Source: Squalus acanthias (Eukaryota). Taken from it: DNA of 64,000 bases. This document shows positions 12,912-24,536 of this stretch, piece after piece. A program made the position numbers and the translations under genes. The stretch covers positions 126,544,001 through 126,608,000 of the forward strand of contig CM059432.1 in the NCBI GenBank assembly GCA_030390025.1, in the 5' to 3' direction. The notes under the pieces were generated by a model that did not search any database, had not been told where the DNA came from, and saw only the letters and a program-made list of their open reading frames with translations. Numbering within the stretch: the stretch's first letter is position 1; the number at the start of each line of letters is the position of its first letter.

Positions 12912-15900
12912 CAGACCCACAACAGTGTGGTTGAATCTGCCCTCTGAAATGGCGCAGCAAGCCACTCAGTTGTATCAAAACTGCTACAAAAAACTAAGAA
13001 TAAAACCGGCATCGACTTAGGCACCGTATTCGGGCACGACAACGGCACACCCAGCCCAGTCGACCCTACAAAGTCCTCCTCATGAACATCTGGGCCAAAA
13101 TTCAGAGAGCTGTCCGACAGCCTGACATTCATACTCACAGAATCATACCTTTCAGCCAATATCCCAGACTCCTCCATCACCATCCCTGGGTATGTCCTGA
13201 CCCACCGGCAGGACAGACCCACCAGGGGTGGTGGCACAGTGGTATACAGTCGAGAGGGGGTGGCCCTGGGAGTCCTCAACATTGACTCCGGACACCATGA
13301 AGTCTCACGGCATCAGGTCAACATGGGCAAGGAAACCTCCCACTGATTACCACCTACTGCCCTCCCTCAGCTGATGAATCAGTACTCCTCCATGTTGAAC
13401 ACCACTTGGAAGAAGCACTTAGGGTATCAAGGGCACAGAACTTCAACGTCCATCACCAATAATGGCTCGGTAGCACCACTACTGACCGAGCTGGCCGAGT
13501 CCTGAAGGACATAGCTTCCAGACTGGGCCTGCAGCAGGTGGTGAGAGAACCAACACGAGGGAAAAACCTACTTGACCTCGTCCTCACCAATCTACCCATC
13601 GCAGATACAACTGTCCATGACTGTATTGGTAGGAGTGACCACCACACAGTCATTGTGGAGATTAAGTCCTGTCTTCACACTGAGGACACCTTCCATCGCG
13701 TTGTGTGACACTACCACCGTACTAATTGGATAGATTCAGAACAGATCTAGCAGCCCAGAAGCATTTGCAACCATCTTCAGCCAGAATCCATCTCAGCTAA
13801 TTCGATTCACTCCACATGATATCAAGAAACGGCTGAGCGCACTAGATACAGCAAAGGCTATGGGCCCCGCCAACATCCCAGCTATCGTCCTAAAGACTTG
13901 TGCTCCAGAACTAGCCACACCTCTGGCCAAGCTGTTCCAGTACAGCTACAACACTGGCATCTATCCGACAAAGTGGAAAATTGCCAGGTTTGTCCTGTCC
14001 ACAAAAAGCAGGACAATTCCAATCCAGCCAATTACCGCCCCATCAGTCCACTCTCAATCATTAGCAAAGTGATGGAAGGTGTCGTCGACAGTGCCATCAA
14101 GCTGCACTTACTCACCAATAACCTGCTCACCGATGCTCAGTTTGGGTTCCGCCAGAAGCATTCAGCTACAGACCTCATTACAGCCTTGGTCCAAACATGG
14201 ACAAAAGAGCTGAATTCCAGAGGTGAGGTGAGAGTGACTGCCCTTGACATTAAGGCAGCATTTGACCGAGTGTGGCATCGAGGAGCCCTAGTAAAATTTA
14301 TGTCAATGGGAATCAGGGGGAAAACTCTCTACTGGCTGGAGTCATACCTAGCACAAAGGAAGATGGTTGTGGTGGTTGGAGGTCAATCATCACAGCCCCA
14401 GGACATCGCTGCAGGAGTTCCTCAAGGCAGTGTCCTAGGCCAAAACATCTTCAGCTGCTTCATCAATGACCTTCTCTCCAACATAAGGTCAGAAGTGGGG
14501 ATGTTCGCTGATGATTGCACACTGTTCAGTTCCATTCACAACCCCTCAGATAATGAAGCAGTCTGTGCCCGCATGCAGCAAGACCTGGACAACATTTAGG
14601 CTTGGGCTGACACGTGGCAAGTAATGCTCACGCCACACAAGTTCCAGGCAGTGACCATCTCCAACGAGAAAGTCCAACCACCTCCCCTTGACAATCAATG
14701 GCATTACCATCGCCGAATCCCCCACCATCAACATCCTGGGGGTCACCATTGACCAGAAACTTAACTGGATGAGCCACATAAATACTGTGGCTACAAGAGC
14801 AGGTCAGAGGCTAGGTATTCTGCGGCGAGTGTCTCACCTCCCGACTCCACAAAGCCTTTCCACCTTCTACAAGGCACAAGTAAGGAGTGTGATGGAATAC
14901 TCGCCACTTGCCTGGATGAGTGCAGCTCCAACAACATTCAAGAAGCTCAACACCATCCAGGACAAAGCAGCCCACTTGATTGGCATCCCATCCACCACCG
15001 GCATACCGTGGCTGCAGTGTGTACCATCTACAAGATGCACTGCAGCAACTCGCCAAGGCTTCTTCAACAGCACCTCCAACCTGCGACCTCTACCACCTAG
15101 AAAAACAAGGGCAGCAGATGCATGGGAACACCACCACCTTCAAGCTCCCCTCCAAGTCACACAACATCCTGACTTGGAAGTATATTGCCGTTCCTTCATC
15201 ATCGCTGGGTCAAAATCCTGGAACTCCCTACCTAACAGCACTGTGGGAGTACCTTCACCACACAGACTGCAGCGGTTCTAGAAGGCGGCTCACCATCACC
15301 TTCTCAAGGGCAACTAGGGATGGGCAATAAATGCTGGCTTTGCCAGCGACGCCCACATCCCATGAATGAATTTTTAAAAAAAACTGACTTTGTTACAGGC
15401 TTGCTGGTACTGTGTTTGCTACCTAGATGTAAGGCCTATATTCATTTTTAAGTGATTGCCCAACAAGTTACTCTGTTGCCTCATGTTTCTATATAAATTA
15501 CACGGAGTATCTTATACTCAGTGCTACTTTTCCAGAGTCCACAGGCTACTAAATCTTTCACACAGTCTACACGTGGCACATCTAACACAGTTACAGATAC
15601 TATTTGACAGTGCAAGATCAATATAATCAAATCGACAAGTCAGGTAACAGGTGCAGAAACAGCACAACAGCTATAGATTTATTGAATACAGAACTTGACA
15701 CATTTTTCAAGCACTTCTGCAACCAGGTGCCGTGGCCAGCCCATTGGGACTTCTGATAGAAGCTGTGACCTAGGCTGCAAACCCTCCCAAATTAAGTTTT
15801 TCTTTGAAGCAGCGAGGCACATATAGAAAGAAATCTTTTTTTTTTAAACAAAATGCAGTGACTATCACTAGAAATAAGAGACTTTACAGGTCTGCTGATG

Positions 15901-17263
15901 TAACCTTAAGCTGTGTTTACATCTGAAGTGATTCCAATACATTTCACTCTGGCTACCGGTTCAATGTGGTGGTTGCAGTGTTAATAATACCACCAATCTC
16001 AAAATATACATTGCACCTGGTACCTTGACAAACCTCAGTCCAACAATATTGCATCCATTCGCTCTTTCCTGGATTCAAAGAGCGCAGATTAATGCAGGGG
16101 TTCTGGTTTACCTGCTGTATTACTAGTATTCAGAGAGACAAAGTGGTGTGCAGGGGGCCACACATAAGAATGCTCTTCAGAGTGGATACAGTCAGGTTTA
16201 CTCCAGAAGGATCTGCGTTTTGTAAGTTAAGACTTTAGCAAAGTGACTTTGGCTTCACCACAATGCATTTCCATCGAGCGTGGTACAAAACGGTGAATTG
16301 CCAGCCCACCATTTCCAAACACTAATTGTTTCAAAGCTCAAAAAGGTGAGAACCCAACAGGTGAAATGAAAGGACGTAATTTTCGTAACAACGGCAAACG
16401 TATATTGAATATTCGGTTATGGCCCCGACTTTCTGCTGCAGGATAGACTTGACATCTTGTCTTGAAATTCCTCTCCCTACTATTTCAGCTCAGGCATTAA
16501 ACAAATAAATAGGCTAAAGTAACAGAGAATTAAACTTTGGATAAATTTCAGCATCGCGTGGGGTAATTTCAGGACATGGCTTTTTTTCCCCTCCGTTTTG
16601 CTGTAACTTCCAAAAAGCGTTTGATAAAGTGCCTCATAATAGGCTTGCCAGCAAAGCTGAAGTCCATGGAATAAAAGAGACAGTGGCAGCATGGATACAA
16701 AATTGGCTAAGTGACAGGAAGCAGAGAGTAGTGGTGAACAGTTGTTTTTGGACTGGAGGAAGGTATACAGTGGTGTTCCCTAGGGGTCAGTACTAGGACC
16801 ACTGCTTTTCTCGATATATATCAATGACTTGGATGTGGGTGTACAGGGCACAATTTCAAAATTTGCAGATGACACAAAACTTGGAAGTATAGTGAAAAGT
16901 GAGGAGGATAGTGATAGACTTCAAGGGGACATAGACAGGCTGGTGGAATGGGCAGACACGTGGCAAATGAAATTTAACGCAGAAAAGTGCGAAGAGATAC
17001 ATTTTGGTAGGAAGAATGAGGAGAGGCAATATTAACTAAAGGGTACAATTCTAAAGGGGGTGCATGAACAGAGACACCTGGGGGTATATGTGCACAAATC
17101 ATTGAAGGTGGCAGGACAGGTCGAGAAAGCAGTTAAAAAAGCATACGGGATCCTGGGCTTCATAAATAGAGGTCATGATGTGGAGATGCCGGCGTTGGAC
17201 TGGGGTGGACAAAAATGAGAAGTCGCACAACACCAGGTTATAGTCCAACAGATTTATTTAATT

Positions 17264-17302
17264 TTACAAGCTTTCGGAGCGGTTCGCTCCTTCCTCAGGT
17301 AA
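17264..17302 (-). ncRNA. Minimal type I hammerhead ribozyme motif (left arm)
   Basis: Reverse complement of 17586-17624. Confidence 0.7.
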
Positions 17303-17585
17303 GTTAGCAGTGACCTCAATCGCGATATCGGGTTCATGTCACGATACAGAACGTGACTTGACATCATGGCCGGTCTTCCCAGGTGGTTTTTTTTTTTAAA
17401 AAGACTAACACAAGAACCAACACAAATCGACAGGATATGCAGCCAGCAGGTGGTTTGACACGTTGGACCCCCTGGGACACATCTCATTGTCTTGGCTCTT
17501 AGTGTGTCTTTGATGTAGGGAAAGATTTGAATAGATTTTGTCTGTGTTTAAATTGTGAATTCTGGGAGATTCTCTCACTGCTAAC

Positions 17586-17624
17586 TTACCTGAGGAAGGA
17601 GCGAACCGCTCCGAAAGCTTGTAA
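17586..17624 (+). ncRNA. Minimal type I hammerhead ribozyme motif (right arm)
   Basis: ttac-CTGAGGA-a-ggagcg(aac)cgctcc-GAAA-gctt-gtaa: helix I ttac/gtaa, CUGAnGA box, 6-bp helix II, GAAA, palindromic AAGCTT in place of helix III. Confidence 0.75.
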
Positions 17625-19613
17625 AATTAAATAAATCTGTTGGACTATAACCTGGTGTTGTGCGACTTCTCATTTTCATAAATAGAGGCAGAGAGTACAA
17701 AAGCAAGGAAGTCATGATGAACCTTTCTGAAACACTGGTTCGGCCTCAACTGGAGTACTGTGTCCAATTCTGGGCACCGCACTTTAGGAAGGATGTGAAG
17801 GCCTTACAGAGGGTGCAGAAAAGATTTACAAGAATGGTTCCAGGGATGAGGGACTTCAGTTGCATGGATAGACTGGAGAAGCTGGGGTTGTTCTCCTTAG
17901 AGCTGAGAAGGTTGAGGAGATTTGATTGAGCTGTTCAAAATCATGAGGAGTCTAGACAGAGTAGATAGAGAGAAACTGTTCCCATTGGCGAAGGGTCGAG
18001 AACCAGAGGACGCAGATTTAAGATGATTTGCAGAAGAACCAAAGGCGACATGAGGAAAAACTTTTTTACGCAGCGAGTGGTTAGGATCTGGAATGCACTG
18101 CCTGAAAGGGTGGTGGAGGCAGATTCAATCACGGCTTTCAAAAGGGAGTTGGCCAAGTACCTGAAAGAAAAAAAGTTGCAGGGCTACGAGGAAAGGGCGG
18201 GGGAGTGGGACTAGCTGAAGTGCTCTTGCAGAGAGCTGGCACAGGCTCGAGGGGCCGAATGGCCTCTTTCTGTGCTGTAACCATTCTATGATTCTATTCT
18301 ATGATTCTAAATAGTGGACTCAGCTTTTGCTCTTGCTTTATTAAACTTTAGGTCATTGGATCTTCACCTTTTTCTCTAATACGTCACAAATGCAGACTTC
18401 TCCTTACTCTATTTCTGCACCAATCATATAGATCCCAGAGGATGGGTACCGAGCTGCACAACACCTCTTCTTTTATAAAATAAAGAGGCAGAATTTTGGC
18501 AACACTTCATTGCATCTCCTTATTGTCTCAGATTAAGTAGTGATTAGTAATGCAGTTAGGAATGTTTTATATATGGCGTCTTTCAACCAAGGTTAAAGAA
18601 AATAGCAGATGCAGTGTCAACATGTGTTCAACTAAAGCATTAGGGCAAGAAACTGAACGTGCCACAAGGAAATAACACTTTATTCCACATCCTTTTATTT
18701 TCATTAAACACTTTTTTGTTTGTAGATCACAGACAGCTGTTGAGAAGTTCATTATGTGGAGCAGGACTCCATAAAAAGAGTGAGAAGCTGATTACAAACC
18801 CACTGGTTTTCACTTTGTCAGACAGAAAGAAGTTAAACGGTGTAACCCAAGGAAAAGGGAGGATCGCTCTTGAGAGCTACACTTGTGTGGGCTGAAAGGA
18901 GATACTTCGGGATGTCTAACTATGCCGGCCTTTAGTTTATTGCACTTGGCACAAGATCTGTTGTAACTTTATCAATGATGCACTAAGGAAAACTAATCTG
19001 TTTTCACATTTTTGTTGGATTTTAATTTTGTTTTTAAATTTAATTTAAAAAATGAACTTTTGTGTTGATCAAGTTGAGGAACATCAGTGCTGGGGAGATG
19101 GAACCGTTTTCCAATTCTGTCATCAGTGTCGACTTCAAGTACTCCCAGGTCTGGTTCAGCATGGTCAAATGGAGAGTAGAACTCCCTCTATGTTGCCCTG
19201 TTAACATGACTTAAGCCCAAACTCAAGAGAATCCCTGGTATGTTTTCAGTTTCTCCACCAGCAACACTTACGGCCACGGAGTGTGATTTGCATTTTTTTT
19301 AAAAAGTGTTGAAATTACCCACATACTTCACATTGAAGCCTTAGGGTCAAGAGTAAAAGGCCAATCTATTGGGAGTTGGATTTGAACCAAAGTCAGAGAA
19401 GTGAAAGGATGGTATGTTTACTGTGGGCATCTCCAAAGTATTTCCTATCCCAGGCTGGATTGGTTTTTTGTAAAGATTCCACTACATCTGCATTAGACCA
19501 TTTAAAAAATAAATCTCAGGATAAGCTGTCTTAAACTATAGGGTTGATTTTCCAAGTGCACACTCCCGACATGGAGCCTTGTCTGACGGGAGCACATAAC
19601 TGGAACATCTATT

Positions 19614-20374
19614 GGGCCGGATTTTGCCGTGAGCAGCGAGCAAACAGCGGCAGACGTTCATTATACTTGCACTTCTATGGGCTTTTGCACAGCAAGTTCC
19701 TCTCAGACAACCATCCAAAAAGCACAGCGCCCTCTACGGGCCATCTGCAACCTGCATGAACAGGACAAGCAACTGTATATTTCCTTAACCAATCAGATTC
19801 AAGAATAGTTAACGAGTAGTGAAGAGTCTGAACCAGGATGTGCAAGTTGGAATGGTGAATTAAATCAGGCGCAGAAAGCAAAATAAGAGAAGGAAAGAAA
19901 GATTGGATTGAGAGAGAGAGAGAGAGAGAGATTAAAGAGACAGAAAGAAAAAGAGAAAAAAAGTTTAATTTTTTAAAAAATCTCCAACAATAATTAAAAG
20001 CTGAAGAAATAAGAGTTAATTTGTAAAAGTTAATTTTCAGTGCTAGAGAGGTTGTAATCAAGACTTATCACACTGTTAAAAGGATACTTACACTGGAATG
20101 GACAAGTCCCAACTTTTTCTGGCATGTTTAGTCTGTATCGGAGAGGTAAGTACAGCAACTTCACGCTGCTCAATGTATTTGAATGGTGAATCAGATGGCG
20201 AGATGCCGTTTTCGGAAAGCTTTTGGAGGAGCAGGACAGCATCTCAGACAGCAACTTCTGGATTTCCGTGTTTAACTACGCATGTACAAACACTGGGAGC
20301 TGCTGTCTGATTTGCACATAAATAACAGTGAGTGCGGATAGCATCACCGTTATTTTTACAGCAAAATCCGGCCC
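19614..20374 (-). mobile_element. MITE family A copy
   Basis: Perfect 14-bp TIR GGGCCGGATTTTGC; flanks ATT/AAT; internal (GA)n near 19910-19930; inverted similarity to 6193-6879. Confidence 0.8.
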
Positions 20375-20547
20375 AATATTTCTGAGAGTAAATTTCGAAA
20401 AATCGGCCCGTATCATTTTGAAAAGATCTGTCCATTTTGTAACAAGGTTTAGAATTGAATGTAGCTACTGTTAGTGCACAAATGCTTAACAAGTTAATAT
20501 GCCATTCCTCTGTCCACTATTTTAAAGGTGGAATTAAACCATTCGAA

Positions 20548-21500
20548 TACTTGCATTTATAATCGCACTTATAACGGCCCGTAATTTCCGATAGGAGGCT
20601 TCCTGTGTGCGGATGCCTCCTATCGGGAAAAAATCTACGCCCTTACCTGAGGGCTCCTGAGGTCCGGCCACTTCTGATCCTGGTGCGCACGCACGCACAC
20701 AGATGCCCAGGTATCCCAGGGGTGCAGGCGGTTCACAAGCGTCCCTGGGATCGCGTGGGCCAGGCGAGCCAATGGGAGAAGGGAATCCCCCTTCATACTT
20801 TTGACAGATAGACCTGTCAAAAGTATGAAGGGGGATCACTGAAAAAAGACATCAAAACATTAAATAAATTTTTAAAAACCCATCACATTTTTAAAATGAG
20901 TTAAAATTACATTAAATTAAATATTTTAAACAATAATTATTTTTTTCAAAAAATTAAAATGTAAGTTTTTTTTACAGGGCTAAAAATAAACTAACCTTTT
21001 TTTAAACATATTTTAAAATTATAAATGAGTGAAATTTTTTTTTAAACTTTTTTAAACTCTTATGCTGGTAAAAGCAGGCATTACGCTTGCTTTTACCAGG
21101 CGTAAGATTTTTAAGGGATTTCAGTGGGCAGAGGTTCTGCAGAAAGCGGAACTCTCCACCCGCAGAGGCCCTTCTCCAGGGCAGGCGTCCGATCTGTCAA
21201 GAGGATTCCTGACAGATCGGAAATGCCAGTTTTCAGTGCATGCGCTTCGCATGCCTGAAACCGGCATTTCCGATGTCCCTACGGGTGTGTACACAGCTCG
21301 TACACACCCGTAGGCATCGGAAATTACGGACCAACATGTTTCTCACAGACTTCTCAAAGTGTTTCATGTACAATGACTTATGTAAGCAAATTTGGCAGCC
21401 ATTTTGAACACAGCGAGATCCCAAAAACACCAATGAGGTAAGTGATCAGTTATCTATTTTTGGTAGTGTTGGTTGAAGGAGAAACGTTGGCCAGGACAAG
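20548..21500 (-). mobile_element. Deu/SacSINE-like SINE 3' half, split by a MITE
   Basis: acttgcatttata tail before the MITE; ggcagccatttt...gttggttgaagga...ttggccaggaca after it. Confidence 0.6.
20576..21332. mobile_element. Harbinger-like MITE with multiple internal hairpins
   Basis: TIR GG(C/T)CCGTAATTTCCGAT (16/17); perfect 3-bp TSD AAC. Confidence 0.88.
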
Positions 21501-22254
21501 TAAATGAGTTAATGCTTCTGGTGCAATAGGGGACAGAGCAATTTCATAGAAACTGATTAATGGTTTGCACATTCCAGGCTTAGGTTTGTAATATGTATGG
21601 TCTGTTAAACCCATCAAGAGATTTAATTGCATCAATGATGTAAAAACTAAATCATACATCACCATGACAAAAAAGTATTTTTGTCTGTGTTAGATTACTG
21701 ATTTGAATTCCTAACTACTAGTAATCGCACACCAGGGGTTAATGCCCAGGGTTCACACCGAAAATGGCTAGCCGGTTCCATACACATTCAGTTTGGACTC
21801 CAAGTAGGCTGCTTGGATGAGAATCAATGGGGTACTACAATATATATTAGAAAGTCCATGACTAGCTCCTGTTGAAAAATAAATGGTTTTAATATGCTAA
21901 TGTCAATTGAACACAGAGCACCTGTTTTATAGTATCCTTGATGGCTTTCCAATTATCTCAGATATTTCAACTGGGGGACAATGTCCTTTGACTCCATCAA
22001 AGAGTGTCTGACAATCATCACTTTAATTTAACGATGAAAAATGCAGTTCGTTATGAATGGGCTTTGTTTGAAAGGATTTGGAACAATACTTCTGTGGGTC
22101 AGCTTACCTCAGAGGTCAGTTAGCAGTGAGTCAATGTTAGTTTGACACTGGCTGCATTGTGCCATGGAAAAACTGAGCAACTGTTTGCACCTTTATTGCC
22201 TTTGATACATGTTTCATGATTGACAGCAAAGTTTGCAAATAAAGAAAACGGCAC

Positions 22255-22358
22255 AAAAACCACAGTTGCTGGAAATCTGAAACAAAAGCAGAAAATGCTG
22301 GAAACACTCAGCAGGTCAGTCAGCATCTGTAGAGAGAGCAGACACGTTGATGTTTTAG
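22255..22358 (-). mobile_element. PLE 3' terminal remnant
   Basis: gctggaaatctgaaacaaaagcagaaaatgctggaaacactcagcaggtcag matches about 55305-55390. Confidence 0.75.
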
Positions 22359-22417
22359 GGGACACAGAAGGTTTGTAAATACGCTGCATTGCACTGAATA
22401 CTGTTCGTTTACCACAA

Positions 22418-22597
22418 ACGACAATGAGTTAAATGACCAATTAAACCGTTTCTGATGGTGTTGGTTGAGGGATGAATGTTGACGAGGACACCAGGAGAAC
22501 TTCCCTGATCTTCTTCGAATAGTGCTGCGGGATCTTTTACATCCATCCGAGAGGGCAGGCAGGACCTCGGTTTACTGTCTCATGTGAAAGACTGCCA
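22418..22597 (-). mobile_element. Deu/SacSINE-like core fragment
   Basis: gttggttgaggga...ggacacc...cttcttcgaatagtgc...gggatcttttacatcc. Confidence 0.7.
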
Positions 22598-23252
22598 CAA
22601 ATTCATAACATTTAAATCTATATACACGATCCTGCCACCAAGTACATCACCACACAGAACCTGCAGCCACTCACTAATTAATTCTCATTTTATTTTCATT
22701 TTTTTCCTACCTGGAATTTATCTTCACTTATTTCTTCTCCAGAGCTGGAGTCTTGGGCTTCTCTTCACTGTAAGAGGCAGAAACAACAACATTCTCAGTC
22801 TGGTGAATATACAAAACAATGAAAGCAAGTCGTTACGTGTTCACGCTTCTGACGGGGCGCCTTGCCTGTTGGGAGCACATATTTGAAATGTGGTCGAGTG
22901 TGGTGGATGAAATTCTAACAGTAACAGTTAGAATATAAAGCGCCACATGTGCCTGGCTTTCCAATTTGTGCTTCCAGCAGAGGAAGCTCTCCATCGGAAG
23001 CGCAAATTCAGAAACTTACCCCTATTGTGTGTAAAATACAATCTTCACCACAAGCTCATATATTCCTTAGTTTTTAAAATGGTGGCACGGTGCTTACGAT
23101 TCGTAAACTTCTATGACAATTATATGAATATTCTGTAGCTGTGCAAGTACGTAAGTTCATTATATAATTCTCATGGACTACACATTATCTCCAGTGGAGT
23201 GGCAACCAAAGGCTCCACCACTGCAATCAGCTTCACCTCAACCACCACCACT

Positions 23253-23530
23253 ACAACAACTTACATTTATATGGCACCATTAATGTAGTAAAACGTCCCA
23301 AGGCACTTCACAAGAGCGTTATCAGACAACATTCAACACCGAGACACAGAGATATTAAGACACGTGACCAAAAGCTTGGTCAAAGAGGTAGGTTTTAAGG
23401 AGAGACTTAAAAGGAGGAGAGAGAACATTGGAGAGGTTTAAGGAGGAATTCCAGAGCTTAGGGCCTCGGCAGCTGAAGGCACAGCCACCAATGGTGCAGC
23501 CAAGGAAAATCGGGGACGCGCAAGAGGAGC
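23253..23530 (-). mobile_element. L2-type LINE 3' end
   Basis: GGCAFSCRGPKLWNS...FKSLLKTYLFDQAF; (caa)n terminal repeat. Confidence 0.8.
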
Positions 23531-24536
23531 ACGGTGCCGGGGAATATGCACCAGAACATCGCCATCCACACCATCTCCAGTACAACAACAGCACATTCCA
23601 ACTTCTGAGGATCTGACGAGCTCCGTGGAGGATGACAATATCTCATGATGATGAAAAGACACAGCCACAGGTTGATGGCCCAGTACCACAGGACATGCTT
23701 TCAGAAATGCAAATCAGCAGGATGTGGAAACAGACATGGGGCATAAGGATCTTAAAGCAGCAAAGCACTCCTGCCTTACACACCGAGATGGCCAATGTAC
23801 AAGGTGAGGTGCAGTGAGAAATTTAAGAAATATAAACCACCAAAGCTGGTCTGCACGGTGTCTGGGAATTCACCTTTGTGGGACTTTATTCAACCTTGTG
23901 CACAGAAAAATGACAGCTGCACTGCAGCCCACTTCTGTATTAGTGCAGATAAAATGGAGGTTTAGCCTGTAGGCCAGTGACTATTATTTTAACTGACTTA
24001 GGGACCTTCTGGCTTCTGGAGAGCAGCAGTCTTCAAATTGTCCTGAGGGGCTTACCTAAAATTCATCTCACTGCCCGCCACATCCTCAGCCTGCCTCTGG
24101 AACGCTTCGAAGACCCTCTGGTCCACAGGGGGACCAGAGCAAGCCACAGCACCAGCAATGTTCAAGCCCCCCACCACGGGGCACCCAATGGAGTGTAGAG
24201 CGAGAGGAGTGAGGTGCGGAGGCTGGGATCTCCTCCCCCCCCCCCCCCCCACTTAAGCGGGTATGTCACTACTTACGCAGGCTCACTCACTCTGGTTGAG
24301 GAAGTCTGCGGAAATCCCAATTCCCCAGGCACAAGGAAGAGGAAAACCTACCTCATGGGTGTTTTAAACAGTAAAACAAATTGACAGGGTAGATGGGGAA
24401 AGACTTCCCTCAAGTAGGAGAATCCAAGGTAAGGAAAAACTCGAACTAAACCAGTAAAAAACAAATCCAGAAAATATTTCTTCATGCAAATAATTGCACG
24501 GCACCAGCAGGCCATAGATGCAGAATCAAACGGAGG

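Larger units (their letters stand above)
11371..15383 (+). mobile_element. Near full-length decayed LINE (Zenon-like) with tRNA/SINE-like 5' leader, interrupted by three insertions
   Basis: Leader pieces 11371-11410, 11886-12068, 12790-12799, 12912-12980; APE motifs ILTESYL, RQDRPTRGGG, FNVHH, LLDLVLTN, SDH (about 13070-13650); RT motifs NYRPISPLS, QFGFR, LDIKAAFDRVWH, GVPQGSVLG, FADD; YKAQVRSVMEY; stops, frameshifts and deletions. Confidence 0.85.
17173..17676. mobile_element. Non-autonomous Penelope-like element with perfect 102-bp inverted repeats
   Basis: 17212-17313 is the exact reverse complement of 17575-17676; flanked by duplicated cataaatagagg (17161-17172, 17677-17688); arms contain a hammerhead core and AATAAA. 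Confidence 0.85.
16602..18309 (+). mobile_element. 5'-truncated CR1 (RT to 3' end), split by a PLE-like insert
   Basis: FQKAFDKVPH, GVP*GSVLGPLLF, SKFADDTKLG, WQMKFNAEKC, LVRPQLEYC, FFTQRVVRIWNALP; ctatgatt-type terminal repeats. Confidence 0.95.

Noticed and set aside
13898..15281. RT ORFs as an active or novel reverse transcriptase system
   Set aside because: Decayed LINE ORF2 with stops, frameshifts and internal deletions
23535..24200. Possible C-terminal exons of a Harbinger Myb gene (also near 5177-5560)
   Set aside because: Composition is suggestive but I could not support a motif
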